Assembly (NCBI GenBank): GCA_039796775.1
Contig: JBDKJD010000001.1
Span: 88,399 to 152,398 of the forward strand
DNA from: Candidatus Parcubacteria bacterium
Lineage (GTDB): Bacteria; Patescibacteriota; Minisyncoccia; Phycocordibacterales; UBA5272
Length of the DNA: 64,000 nucleotides
Reading direction: 5' to 3'
In this document: one piece after another, positions 19,839 to 29,766 of the stretch
How positions within the stretch are numbered: the stretch's first letter is position 1
How the letters are laid out: every line of letters starts with the position of its first letter
Made by a program: the position numbers and the translations under genes
The notes under the pieces: model-generated
Database searches by the model: none
What the model was told of the DNA's origin: nothing
What the model saw: only the letters and a program-made list of their open reading frames with translations

Positions 19839-19957
19839 GTGATTATTATGCTATATAACCTTATTTTAAAAGGAAATTATTCTATATTTCTACTCTCGCA
19901 CATAGAAGATACTATGTCAATGTAGTTATACTCTTTCCTTGCAGGTTGCTGTTTATA

Positions 19958-20230
19958 TTATTTTTTATAAGAATCCACCACCTGTTGTAGAACAGCGGAA
20001 GAGCAGATAGCTTGGATAGTAATGAAATTTTCTGCTAAACGTGTTTCTTTATTTTGCTCTGTATCTGCTCCCACAGCCTTTTCTAGAGCGAGTCCATATG
20101 TTTTCTTGGCAAAAGATTCTAATGGGGAGATTTCTTTTTTCTGTAAGATATCCAAAAGAGGTTTCTCTGTAGATGGTTTCTTAGGTTGTTCTTGAGTTGG
20201 CTTAGGTGAACCGTTAAATGCGTACATCAT
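19958..20230 (-). CDS. hypothetical protein
   Basis: ORF only. Confidence 0.3.
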   Translation of the reverse strand: MMYAFNGSPKPTQEQPKKPSTEKPLLDILQKKEISPLESFAKKTYGLALEKAVGADTEQNKETRLAENFITIQAICSSAVLQQVVDSYKK

Positions 20231-20476
20231 ACAGAGATAATAATTAGTAAGTAATAGTAGCGAGTATACTCTTCCCTGTTTAACTTACGCAAGCGACTTT
20301 TGTGTGTTCTTGTCACTAACAAAAATAAGTGGAAAATAATTAATAATTATGATAGAATTTTTATCACTAAACAAATTAATAAAACATTTGTTATAGTAAA
20401 TTATAGTAAAAATACTAGTTTTTAGTCTCTGTATTTAACTAACAACTACTGACTAATAACTAACAACTGTATCTAT

Positions 20477-20547
20477 TGGGGTATCGTCTAATGGTAGGAC
20501 ATCAGGTTTTGGTCCTGAGTATCGTGGTTCGAGTCCATGTACCCCAG
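20477..20547 (+). tRNA. tRNA-Gln (anticodon UUG)
   Basis: Cloverleaf: acceptor TGGGGTA/TACCCCA. Anticodon stem TCAGG/CCTGA, loop TTTTGGT. T-arm GTGGTTCGAGTCCAT. Close to the E. coli tRNA-Gln pattern. CCA not encoded. Confidence 0.9.
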
Positions 20548-20722
20548 CAAACTTTTTAAATCAGGATTTTTGCTTGATTTAGCAATAACAGAATAGAGAG
20601 AAACGTATTGAGAACTAATGATTTTCTTATCTTTCACTGTAGCGTTCGTGAGTAACTTTTTTAACATATTACGTTTCTTCGCTATATAGCCGTTACGAAG
20701 AAGAGTTATTGACTACAAAAAT

Positions 20723-21770
20723 ATGTACACAGACTTTCTTAACCAGAGAGCTGTTAATCCCATAACAGGAGAATCATGGTTTATGCACAGGGATTTGCGT
20801 AAAGCCTTCATTTCTTTTTGTAATCTTTTACCATATCTTTTTACTTACACAAAATACAAAGACATGCCTGCAACTTCTAATTCGCTAGAGGGTCACTTTA
20901 ATCACATCAAGAGATACACGGCAGTGCATAACGGTCTTTCCCTTAAAAGGAAGCAGAAGCTGATTACTGCCATACTTTTGAATTCGTCTGTTACTTTAGA
21001 TGAAGAAAGGGGTGATTAGCAGATATTGGGAGCTATATGCCAAGAAATCATACCTCTTCCTTATCAGGGTAATGGACTCTGTATTATTGTCGACGGTATC
21101 TTTGTTGGAAGAGGTCATTGTATCTTGATTGCTATAGACAGTGACGGAATACCTATTACTTGGTATGAGTGCACACAAGAGAACACAACAACGTGGGTGA
21201 TACTCTTTGAACAAGTAAAGCATCAAGGGGGTAGACACACTCTCTTTGATAGTCTCAGATGGTCAAAAAGGCTTACTTAAAGCTATGGATACTACATTCC
21301 CTAATGTTCCACACCAACGATGCATGACACATGTTGTACGCTTGGCACAAGCTTGGCTTACGAGATTTCCAAAGACAGTCGCAGGAAGAGAGTTAAGAAC
21401 AATAGTTAGTTCACCATATTCTGTTACAACACAAAAAGGTAGAGATAACTGGAACATGATATTTAATCACTGGTGCAGTATTCATTATGATTTTTTAAAA
21501 GAGAAAAGTATTCCACTTGGAAATGGTAGACCTTGGTATACACACCGCAGACTACGAGCGGTAAGATCTCTTATTCTTGGAGCTCAACCAGAATTATTTA
21601 CATTTCTTTCTGTAGCAGATACACCCAAGACAACGAATGATGTTGAAGGTGGTTTAAATAGTCCAATGAAGGCACTTTTACGTCATCACAGAGGCATGTC
21701 ACCAAAGCACAGAGAAGTGCTTGTTTTTCGATTTTTACGAAGAAGACAAATACAGAAATACCAACACTAA
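20723..21770 (+). mobile_element. degenerate IS256/Mutator-like transposase, split over three frames (20723-21019, 21026-21280, 21246-21770)
   Basis: Middle fragment has the first DDE region (IIVDGIFVGRGHCILIAIDSDGIPITWYE). The last fragment has IVSDGQKGL..FPNVPHQRCMTHVVR and TTNDVEGGLNSPMKALLRHHRGMS (TNxxEsxNxxxK-like). The first fragment carries a second C-terminal-like copy (TSNSLEGHFNHIKR). Lies directly downstream of tRNA-Gln. Confidence 0.6.
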
Positions 21771-21851
21771 AAGTTAATTAACCCAAATAAGAAAAAGGCT
21801 AAAACTTTTATAGAAAATCTTATTAAAATTAAGTAGTTAGTAATTTTAAGT

Positions 21852-22124
21852 TTACTGAATCACCACTACTTTATTTATTATTTTTATCTCACTCTTAAAA
21901 CATCCCAACATATCCCTCTTCTCAAACACAGACCCTTTCTGTAAAATATACCGTGCATAATTTCGTATATCTACGTCATTCACTTTATAATCTTCCTCTT
22001 GTTTGCCCATAATATTTGAGTGGAAGATTTTGTGTCTTTCAATCTCTACTTCAAGTTTCTTCTTTAACCCTGATTTGTCTAAATCTATCTTATCGATTAT
22101 CTCTACTAATTGAGCAAGTAGCAC
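21852..22124 (-). CDS. hypothetical protein
   Basis: ORF only. Confidence 0.3.
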   Translation of the reverse strand: MLLAQLVEIIDKIDLDKSGLKKKLEVEIERHKIFHSNIMGKQEEDYKVNDVDIRNYARYILQKGSVFEKRDMLGCFKSEIKIINKVVVIQ

Positions 22125-22156
22125 CCTCTCCTCTGTATACCCTTCCTTACAATGAA

Positions 22157-22293
22157 GCTCCCCGGGTCAGAGACCTTCCCTCACTCATTCCATTCGTATC
22201 GGCGGGGTATCTAGGAAAGCTCTGCAAGGATTATTGAAAACCGAGGTTTTCAAACTTTCCTACAAAGTTCCCACGGGCTAATGCCCGGGGAGT
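22157..22293 (+). promoter_or_regulatory. candidate structured RNA leader upstream of flavoprotein gene
   Basis: ctccccggg (22158-22166) is the exact reverse complement of cccggggag (22285-22293). Nested stems ggaaag/ctttcc and gaaaacc/ggttttc lie inside. A competing local hairpin cgggc-taat-gcccg overlaps the 3' arm. Confidence 0.35.
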
Positions 22294-22377
22294 GTGAATC
22301 AAGACCTTATGTCACTCTACACTATCTTTCTGCGAGTAATTTGCAAATGTATGCGATACTATGATACGATATATTTA

Positions 22378-23490
22378 ATGCAAACTATTCGCAAGTATGA
22401 CGTTCTCATCATCGGAGCTGGTCCATCTGGTATCGGTACAGCTATTACCCTTATGGAATTCGGTGTCAAAAATATTCTCGTTGTAGACAAAGAATCAATC
22501 GGTGCGTCATTCCTCTTGTGGCCAAAAGAAACTCGGCTCATTACACCATCTTTTACTGGTCACCAATTCGGAGGATTAGATTTAAACGCTATCACCTATG
22601 CCACCTCTCCGGCATATACATTAAGCACAGAACATCCTTCAGGAAGAGAGTATCAGCGATACTTATTAGAGTGTGCAAAAGAATTCAAAGTCCCATTCAA
22701 AAAGGAAACCATACTCTCAATCAAAAAAGAATCTGAATATTTTGAATGTTCCACACAAGACGGGATGATACACGCAACTTATGTTGTTACTGCTATTGGA
22801 GAATTCAACTTCCCTAACACAGAACCTTTTGAGGGAGCAGAGCTCTGTCGACACACTGCAACTATTTCGTCATATGATGCTATTACTGGAGATGTTATCT
22901 ATATCATAGGGGGTTATGAAAGTGGCACAGACGCAGCTATACATCTATCCAAGAACAAAAAACATATCACCATATTCGACACTAATAACCCATGGGACAG
23001 AAGAGAGAGCGACCCTAGTGTCACACTGTCCCCTTTTACATTAGATAGATTACGAGAAGAGATGCGCGCAGGCTCTATCAATCTGAGTCCACAAGAGAAA
23101 GTGATACGTGTCACCTTAGACCAAGGCGTGTATACAATAGAAACAAATAGAGAATCATATACAACAATCACTCAACCGATACTCGCCTCTGGCTTCATCT
23201 CTGTGCCTCCGCTTATAAAAAATATATTTAATTCTCAGCATGGGATTCCTCTTATTTCTGATATCGATGAATCTACAATAGTTCCAAATGCTTTTCTCGT
23301 TGGACCAAAAGTATTTCATAGCAATGTCATCTTTTGTTTCATTTATAAATACAGACAACGTTTTGGTATCGTCGCTAATGCGATAGCGACAAGAATGGGT
23401 ATACAAACATCAGCCTCTGTAGAATTCTATCGCAACAAAACTATGTATCTCGATGACCTCTCTTGTTGTAATGACGCTTGCGTTTGTTGA
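22378..23490 (+). CDS. FAD/NAD(P)-binding oxidoreductase (pyridine nucleotide-disulfide / flavin monooxygenase-like)
   Basis: Rossmann motif KYDVLIIGAGPSGIGTAI at the chosen start. A second dinucleotide-binding region IYIIGGYESG. ORF-track start at 22294 is an upstream alternative codon. Confidence 0.7.
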   Translation: MQTIRKYDVLIIGAGPSGIGTAITLMEFGVKNILVVDKESIGASFLLWPKETRLITPSFTGHQFGGLDLNAITYATSPAYTLSTEHPSGREYQRYLLECAKEFKVPFKKETILSIKKESEYFECSTQDGMIHATYVVTAIGEFNFPNTEPFEGAELCRHTATISSYDAITGDVIYIIGGYESGTDAAIHLSKNKKHITIFDTNNPWDRRESDPSVTLSPFTLDRLREEMRAGSINLSPQEKVIRVTLDQGVYTIETNRESYTTITQPILASGFISVPPLIKNIFNSQHGIPLISDIDESTIVPNAFLVGPKVFHSNVIFCFIYKYRQRFGIVANAIATRMGIQTSASVEFYRNKTMYLDDLSCCNDACVC

Positions 23491-23545
23491 GATTAATCTT
23501 AACAATTCTCTTGTATGATATACCTAACACTATACACTAACTACT

Positions 23546-23812
23546 ATGAAACTATCTCTTTTCACCAATCACAAAACATTATCTATTCTCAACAGTATTA
23601 CTGGTATCGCGCTTATCACAGCTGGAGTATTTTATTTTTATAAAACAAAAACATTTGATATGTCACTCTCTTGGATTATATTTGGAGTAATGTATTTAGT
23701 GATGGAATCATATCCATGTGACTGTAGACAGCCTAAGCGTGTCGTGATCTTCGCTTGGATTGGTATGATACTTTCATTACTATTAGCGTTCTATTACATG
23801 GTGACATTATAG
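23546..23812 (+). CDS. hypothetical small membrane protein
   Basis: Two to three hydrophobic helices. Confidence 0.35.
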   Translation: MKLSLFTNHKTLSILNSITGIALITAGVFYFYKTKTFDMSLSWIIFGVMYLVMESYPCDCRQPKRVVIFAWIGMILSLLLAFYYMVTL

Positions 23813-23827
23813 TAGCTTGTTATAAAC

Positions 23828-23858
23828 AAAAAAACCACACGGGGAACCGCGTGGTTTT
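23828..23858 (+). terminator. intrinsic terminator
   Basis: aaaaaccacacgg-gga-accgcgtggtttt hairpin (one mismatch) plus T-tract. Confidence 0.6.
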
Positions 23859-23876
23859 GAAAGGTACAAAAAACAA

Positions 23877-24185
23877 TCACAAGATGCTGAAGATATCTCC
23901 ATTAACAGAGCAGAAGATAATCAACAACATGATGACATCAAGTACACCAGGTGCTTGTTTTTTAATTGCCCGTAAATGAACCACTCTAAGCCGTTTAATA
24001 TCATACGCTAGTGATTCATTGCCAGAGCGAACAGCTTCAGCTTTTTCATAGTTGATGAATACCAACATCATCACACGACAGGTGAACGAGATGAATGGTA
24101 AACATACACAAAGCAGAAAAAAGAAAATCACCAGAGAGAAAAAATAGGCGGCTCCAAAAAAGTTAATACTAATCCCAGCCCACAC
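23877..24185 (-). CDS. hypothetical small membrane protein
   Basis: Hydrophobic ORF. Confidence 0.3.
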   Translation of the reverse strand: MWAGISINFFGAAYFFSLVIFFFLLCVCLPFISFTCRVMMLVFINYEKAEAVRSGNESLAYDIKRLRVVHLRAIKKQAPGVLDVIMLLIIFCSVNGDIFSIL

Positions 24186-24238
24186 CTAATCCAATAAACA
24201 CCCTGCCTTGATATTCCTGATGTATACTTATTTTATAC

Positions 24239-24634
24239 ATGAACTCCTACACATCGTACGCTGAATTAATAAAACCAGAATGGGCACCACCGGCGTTTCT
24301 TTTTGGACCCGTGTGGGCGGTTCTCTACCTCATTATCGCTATCTCTTTTAGCTTTGTTTTTTATGAAGTCTATAAAGGGAAGCTCTCAAAGTCAATCGCT
24401 CTCCCCTTTCTCCTTAATATCATATTCAATATTGCTTTTACTCCGATACAATTCGAACTAAAAAATAATCTTTTAGCGCTCATTGATATTATTGCGGTCC
24501 TGATAACTCTCATCTGGGCGATGTATGCCATCTATCCCAAGTTCCGCTTTGTTGCTCTCGCCAATATCCCCTATCTTCTCTGGGTCTCTTTCGCTACTAT
24601 ACTTCAAGCCACTATCACATTCCTTAACTGGTAA
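24239..24634 (+). CDS. tspO: TspO/MBR family (tryptophan-rich sensory protein)
   Basis: LIKPEWAPPAFLFGPVWAVLYLIIAISF signature. Multi-TM. 131 aa. Confidence 0.7.
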   Translation: MNSYTSYAELIKPEWAPPAFLFGPVWAVLYLIIAISFSFVFYEVYKGKLSKSIALPFLLNIIFNIAFTPIQFELKNNLLALIDIIAVLITLIWAMYAIYPKFRFVALANIPYLLWVSFATILQATITFLNW

Positions 24635-24661
24635 TCAAAGCTCATTATTCACACGATCATT

Positions 24662-25498
24662 ATGATACATCGTCATCTACACAAAGCATTCAAACATACA
24701 TTCGTCCCTCATGAGGGTAATGATTACAGACCACATTTCATGCGTGAGCATGTGGTACTCTCTATGGTGATAGTGATTATCTTTTCTCTCATCGTGTCTG
24801 TCACCAGTTATATAGTATTGCGCAAAACTTCATATGGCACTTTGGTTATCCCCTCTGTCCTTGTAGATCTCACCAACAAAGAAAGACTAGATAATAATCT
24901 TCCGCCTTTTATCAAGCACCCTCTTCTTGAATATTCTTCTCAATTAAAAGGTGAGGAGATGGTCTCATACAATTACTTTGCTCATGAGTCTCCGGACGGG
25001 AGCGCTCCCTGGAAATTCTTTAAACGAGCACTCTATCCTTATAGTTACGCAGGAGAGAATCTCGCACTTAACTTCTTCACTTCTCCTCAAGTGCATACAG
25101 GGTGGATGAATTCCCCTCTTCATAGAAAGAATATTCTAGACCCTAACTTCAAAGAAATCGGGATCTCGGTACTCATAAAAGAAAATGTTGACAGAGAAGA
25201 CACATTATTTGTGGTGCAACATTTTGGAACTCAAAAAAATACCGCCTACAGCAACACTCTTGTGATGACCTATTATTCTAGCCTGCTACAGAGAATTATT
25301 TTCATGACACCTCTTTATATAGAATATCTGTATCTCTTCTTAATAACGCTTGTTATTATAGCGTTACTTGCTCTAACATTAATAGAAGTAGAGAAGAAAC
25401 ATACTCATCATCTTTTTTATGGAGTGTTAATGCTTGTTATTCTACTTTTGGCTATTATGATTAATGCTACACTTCTCTCATACACACCACATGCCTAA
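24662..25498 (+). CDS. CAP (SCP/PR-1-like) domain protein with membrane anchors
   Basis: YNYFAHESPDGS...YAGENLA...GWMNSPLHRKNILDPNFKEIG matches CAP-domain signatures. N- and C-terminal TM helices. Confidence 0.7.
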   Translation: MIHRHLHKAFKHTFVPHEGNDYRPHFMREHVVLSMVIVIIFSLIVSVTSYIVLRKTSYGTLVIPSVLVDLTNKERLDNNLPPFIKHPLLEYSSQLKGEEMVSYNYFAHESPDGSAPWKFFKRALYPYSYAGENLALNFFTSPQVHTGWMNSPLHRKNILDPNFKEIGISVLIKENVDREDTLFVVQHFGTQKNTAYSNTLVMTYYSSLLQRIIFMTPLYIEYLYLFLITLVIIALLALTLIEVEKKHTHHLFYGVLMLVILLLAIMINATLLSYTPHA

Positions 25499-25700
25499 AG
25501 AAAACAAAATGCTCACCTTTCTCATCATAGTAGCGATATCACTCGCTACACTCTTTGTGATAAGAAAAGATTCTATTATTGCCTCACACAAAGAAACAAA
25601 AACAGAAGATAAGGGGGAGGAGATCATTCGTTAATACTATGTATCAGTATGCACTTCTTTTGAGGTGATTGCTTGTTATACTGTATAGAGCGCCACTCTT

Positions 25701-26855
25701 ATGGAAAATAAAAAGAATCTCTTCATCTTTCTTTTTGTCTTTGTTATTATCGCTATTAGTATTTTCTTCATCGTAAGAAAAGAAGCTGTCTCTGTATCCA
25801 CGCTCCCTAACAATGTTCAGGTGTACACAACTTCAGACGGTACAAAAACGATAACTATCACTGAAGCCTTAAGTAGCGACTCCGTCAAAAAGAAAATACT
25901 TATCGACACACTTGGATTCGAGACCAATCCATCTTTTATTCACAACATAGATCAACTTAGCGTAGTTTATTTTGAAGATATTAATAATGATTCATTCGAA
26001 GAACTTATCATCGTTAATAAACAAAAAGAATCTCCTTTTGGAGCAGAAATAATAGCGTACACAACAGCATCCCCAAGCTCGCTTGTAGAAATTGCATCTG
26101 TTGAGGCCAAGACCGAAGACCCTCTTCTTGTACCACTGTTTGAGCGTTATGGAGGTGGGGATATATTCGTTATCGAGAACAAATCTCTCATGCGAGGATT
26201 CACAATACAAGAAGCTGAAGATGAATCGTCTGAACCATCTGAGCAGACAACGGATGTGATATCTGAAAATCAAATCTCAGATACTACCTCCTCTTCGACT
26301 ATTCAAAACGAAGACTCAAAAGTGATACAAAAAAGAAGACTACTTTATACCCTGAATTATGGTAATGGTGCGTATTATTTTGAACCAACACTCTTTATTG
26401 AGTCTAGTTCTTATACAACATCTCTCCCTGCGTCACTTTCTAATACATCATGGGGATGGATATCATTTAGCGATGGGAGGAGCTTGACAACTCCAGACAA
26501 GAGAGGCTCTCATATACTTTCATTTGATAATGACACCACACTCACTCTCACCACCCCTTGTGATAGTTATTCTATGTCGTATTTTATTAACGCTAATATA
26601 ATCAGAATAGGGACTGTGAGCGCCAAAGAAGTAGAACCTTTATCACAATCAGAAGAATCTGTAACCAATACAGCCAGTTCTACTCCATCTACCCCTCAAG
26701 CAGAAGACACGACTCGAAAAGAATCATGTGCGCAAGCCGATACCCCTCTCCTCTCCCGTTTATCACAAATGACTTCTTTTGTTCTACGAGATACACAATT
26801 ATCATTAAAAGGAGAAGCTGGTAAAGCTACACTACTCTTCGAAAAAGAACAATAA
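25701..26855 (+). CDS. hypothetical secreted Ser/Thr-rich protein
   Basis: N-terminal TM/signal anchor; low-complexity S/T-rich linkers. Confidence 0.5.
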   Translation: MENKKNLFIFLFVFVIIAISIFFIVRKEAVSVSTLPNNVQVYTTSDGTKTITITEALSSDSVKKKILIDTLGFETNPSFIHNIDQLSVVYFEDINNDSFEELIIVNKQKESPFGAEIIAYTTASPSSLVEIASVEAKTEDPLLVPLFERYGGGDIFVIENKSLMRGFTIQEAEDESSEPSEQTTDVISENQISDTTSSSTIQNEDSKVIQKRRLLYTLNYGNGAYYFEPTLFIESSSYTTSLPASLSNTSWGWISFSDGRSLTTPDKRGSHILSFDNDTTLTLTTPCDSYSMSYFINANIIRIGTVSAKEVEPLSQSEESVTNTASSTPSTPQAEDTTRKESCAQADTPLLSRLSQMTSFVLRDTQLSLKGEAGKATLLFEKEQ

Positions 26856-26875
26856 ATCTGTGATACACTTTTTGT

Positions 26876-28027
26876 GTGAACAAAAAAGTCTCTACAAGTA
26901 TTGTTTTATTATCGCTATTTCTTGGAGCTTTTGGTATATATACTAACAAAAAAGAAGAAGTTACTACATTTATCAACACTCACTTCATACCCTTTTCTTC
27001 TCAAGCATCACTTGCCACAGAAAAGCTACTCGAAGTAACCCCCCTTCAACAAAAAGACACTATTGCGTCTACCACGATACAAGAAGCGACCACAGAAGCA
27101 GTAACCGAAATCAAAAAAGAAGCTACCCCAATATCATTAGAAAAAAAGGATACTATAAAAGAATCCCATTTTATGCACGGATATGTTTCGGATACTGATG
27201 AATCCTATACTCCCACCATTCACCCCTGCAAAAGTACTATGAGTTATTCTATAGGATCACTTGATGCGAGATTCGGATTGAAGCCTAGTGACTTCAAAGA
27301 ATATATTGAGGATGCTATTTCAGTATGGGAAGATGCTTCATCCAAAAATCTTTTCTCGCACAAAGAAACAGGTGGCGACCTCACAATCAATCTCATCTAT
27401 GATGCACGACAAGAAAGAAGTGTAGATATTGGCTATCTCATCCTCGAGGTAGAAAACTCAAAGGATGCCGCAAATGCACTCAAAAAAGAATATTCCACCC
27501 TCCAAGAAGACTACACTGCGCGTGAGAAACTATTCCAAGACAAAGCTCTAGCATTCAAGGCCAAACTCGCCTCATATGAAGCTGATGTCAAAAAATATAA
27601 TGATCAAGGTGGTGCACAAGAAAGCGATTATAAGATCATGATGAATCGTCTCGAACTCTTGAACAAAGAAAGCGCCATTCTGGAAGAAGAACGCAAAGCA
27701 CTTCTAGAGAATGTAACACTTATTAACACGAAGATTAATAGATACAATGAATTCGTAGCATATATCAATGTCAAAATAAAAAGCATTCAGTCTATTAGCA
27801 GGAAGACATTTACTGAAGGAAGATTCACCCCTTACACCAATACCATTGATATTTTTCTTTACACAGACAAGGAGAAGCTGGAGCGTGTTCTTATTCATGA
27901 ACTCGGTCACGCTCTTGGTATAGGACATGTCGAAGATACTGATTCAATTATGTATTATTATAATTCAGGAAAGGGGTTATCGTTGAGTGAGCATGACAAA
28001 GAAGAATTGCGCGCTGTATGTCAATAA
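26876..28027 (+). CDS. metzincin-type zinc metalloprotease (matrixin/M10-like) with coiled-coil region
   Basis: HELGHALGIGH (HExxHxxGxxH) followed by a Met-turn SIMYY. N-terminal signal anchor. Confidence 0.7.
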   Translation: MNKKVSTSIVLLSLFLGAFGIYTNKKEEVTTFINTHFIPFSSQASLATEKLLEVTPLQQKDTIASTTIQEATTEAVTEIKKEATPISLEKKDTIKESHFMHGYVSDTDESYTPTIHPCKSTMSYSIGSLDARFGLKPSDFKEYIEDAISVWEDASSKNLFSHKETGGDLTINLIYDARQERSVDIGYLILEVENSKDAANALKKEYSTLQEDYTAREKLFQDKALAFKAKLASYEADVKKYNDQGGAQESDYKIMMNRLELLNKESAILEEERKALLENVTLINTKINRYNEFVAYINVKIKSIQSISRKTFTEGRFTPYTNTIDIFLYTDKEKLERVLIHELGHALGIGHVEDTDSIMYYYNSGKGLSLSEHDKEELRAVCQ

Positions 28028-28659
28028 CTATCAAAAGAGAATTAAAGAAAAGGTTATCAAAAGAAGAATACGCTCTCCTTCTTTCATTAGACTCTCCTCA
28101 AAAAATCCAAGACCATCTCGACAGATTGCCTTTTAATCATGAAGAGCATGGTGAAACCAATATGACTCTTCTTGATATATTCAAAGAAAAGAAAGCGCAT
28201 TGCTTTGAGGGGGCGCTCGTAGCATATGCCGCTCTTACTGTACATTCATATAAACCATTTTTGATAAGTCTGTATGTAACAGATGAGGATTATGATCATT
28301 GTATTACCGTCTTTAAAAAAGGAGAATACTATGGCGCACTGAGCAAAACTAATCATTCAGTTCTCACCTTCAGAGATCCTGCATACAGCACATTACGCGA
28401 GCTCGCTATGTCTTACTTTCATGAATATTTTTTGATAAATAATGGCAAAAAAACAATGCGCGCCTATTCTAAACCATTCTACCTTACACAATATACTCCA
28501 ACATGGATTGATGGAGAATCTGATCTCTTGTACATAGCATATGCGATAAAAGATCATGCTAGATATGTAGTACATCCTCATATTAGTCATATGACACTCA
28601 GGAATGCGACATCACTTGAACGACTAGGCGCCTCTACTCCACGGGATGGAATAGCGTAA
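28018..28659 (+). CDS. hypothetical protein (possible transglutaminase-like Cys-His-Asp fold)
   Basis: Cys in KKAHCFEGALVAYAAL, later DHCITVF. Weak; motif-level only. Confidence 0.35.
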   Translation: MSITIKRELKKRLSKEEYALLLSLDSPQKIQDHLDRLPFNHEEHGETNMTLLDIFKEKKAHCFEGALVAYAALTVHSYKPFLISLYVTDEDYDHCITVFKKGEYYGALSKTNHSVLTFRDPAYSTLRELAMSYFHEYFLINNGKKTMRAYSKPFYLTQYTPTWIDGESDLLYIAYAIKDHARYVVHPHISHMTLRNATSLERLGASTPRDGIA

Positions 28660-28674
28660 TTCTTTTTAACTACA

Positions 28675-29748
28675 TTAATCGATAATACGAGTGAGTAATT
28701 CCTTGTTTGAACCACGTTCAATATTGAATCTATATCTTCCAACGACACGGTTGTCACCAACCTTTACGGTAACTCTCCATGAACCTTCGAATATATTCTC
28801 CTTTTTGGAATAGGCTCTGAATCCTGACTTTCTCCCACCCGAGATAGTAAACGGGATAGATGTTACCGCTATCCATGATTGTTGTTGTCTATCATAATAT
28901 TCCCATACATGAGAGAGCGCCGCTTCCATATTCTGTGGAGCTCTTACAGAACTCATAAAAAATATATCTTCCTCCCCTTCAAACATTGTATGAGTAACTG
29001 GATAGATATACTTAAACCATGAACCATCTCTCTCCTCCTCTTTAACAAAAAATGTTCCGTCTGTTCTTTTTTCTACATAATGAAACACATCACTTTCTGT
29101 GAGAGACAGAGGGACCGCAGGAATCATGTTAAGAAAATAAAGCATGGCGATGAACATCGGTATGCCACATGCGAGCGAATACATCTTACCTGTTTCTTCT
29201 TCTGTGATTTCTGATAATTTTGAAATTGATGTTACAAAAAGAAGTGAAAAGAATATGCTCGCGACAATGCTCACATAAAATATTCCATCATTTTGTTCTA
29301 ATACAAAAAATGGCGCATTAAATACTATATAAAATACCGTAGCGACAAACAGCACCATAATATCTAACATGAATCGATAGGTATGAGTCTTGATTCCTTC
29401 ATTCGCTATCATACATAAAAGAAGAATCACAAAAAGCGGCCATGACACTGAGAGCGCTGCTGAACGTAATGCATATACGAAGATGAACGACAGCGCAGCC
29501 CCAGAGAAATAAGCGATACCAAATGACGCGAGAGAGAAGAGCTTTTGTTCAGCTTTGGATGCAGTATTCCTCGACACGAGCCATTCACGGAATGCTATCA
29601 AAATGGCTATGACTACTATGTACACGCCTCCGATATATTTAGTCAGTGGGTTATCAACATCAGGCAAGATAAGCATGTCAAACACGAATCCAAAAAGAAA
29701 GATAATCGTAGTGATATGGCTGCTTATTTTTGTATACAAAGCTTTCAT
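28675..29748 (-). CDS. hypothetical polytopic membrane protein with C-terminal soluble domain
   Basis: About 6 TM helices, then a ~130-aa hydrophilic domain. Confidence 0.5.
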   Translation of the reverse strand: MKALYTKISSHITTIIFLFGFVFDMLILPDVDNPLTKYIGGVYIVVIAILIAFREWLVSRNTASKAEQKLFSLASFGIAYFSGAALSFIFVYALRSAALSVSWPLFVILLLCMIANEGIKTHTYRFMLDIMVLFVATVFYIVFNAPFFVLEQNDGIFYVSIVASIFFSLLFVTSISKLSEITEEETGKMYSLACGIPMFIAMLYFLNMIPAVPLSLTESDVFHYVEKRTDGTFFVKEEERDGSWFKYIYPVTHTMFEGEEDIFFMSSVRAPQNMEAALSHVWEYYDRQQQSWIAVTSIPFTISGGRKSGFRAYSKKENIFEGSWRVTVKVGDNRVVGRYRFNIERGSNKELLTRIID

Positions 29749-29766
29749 TACGCTTTTTATGGTGGA

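Noticed and set aside
22016-22237. 73-aa ORF overlapping the structured leader
   Set aside because: Coincides with the nested-helix RNA element and overlaps the convergent ORF 21852-22124. No RBS.
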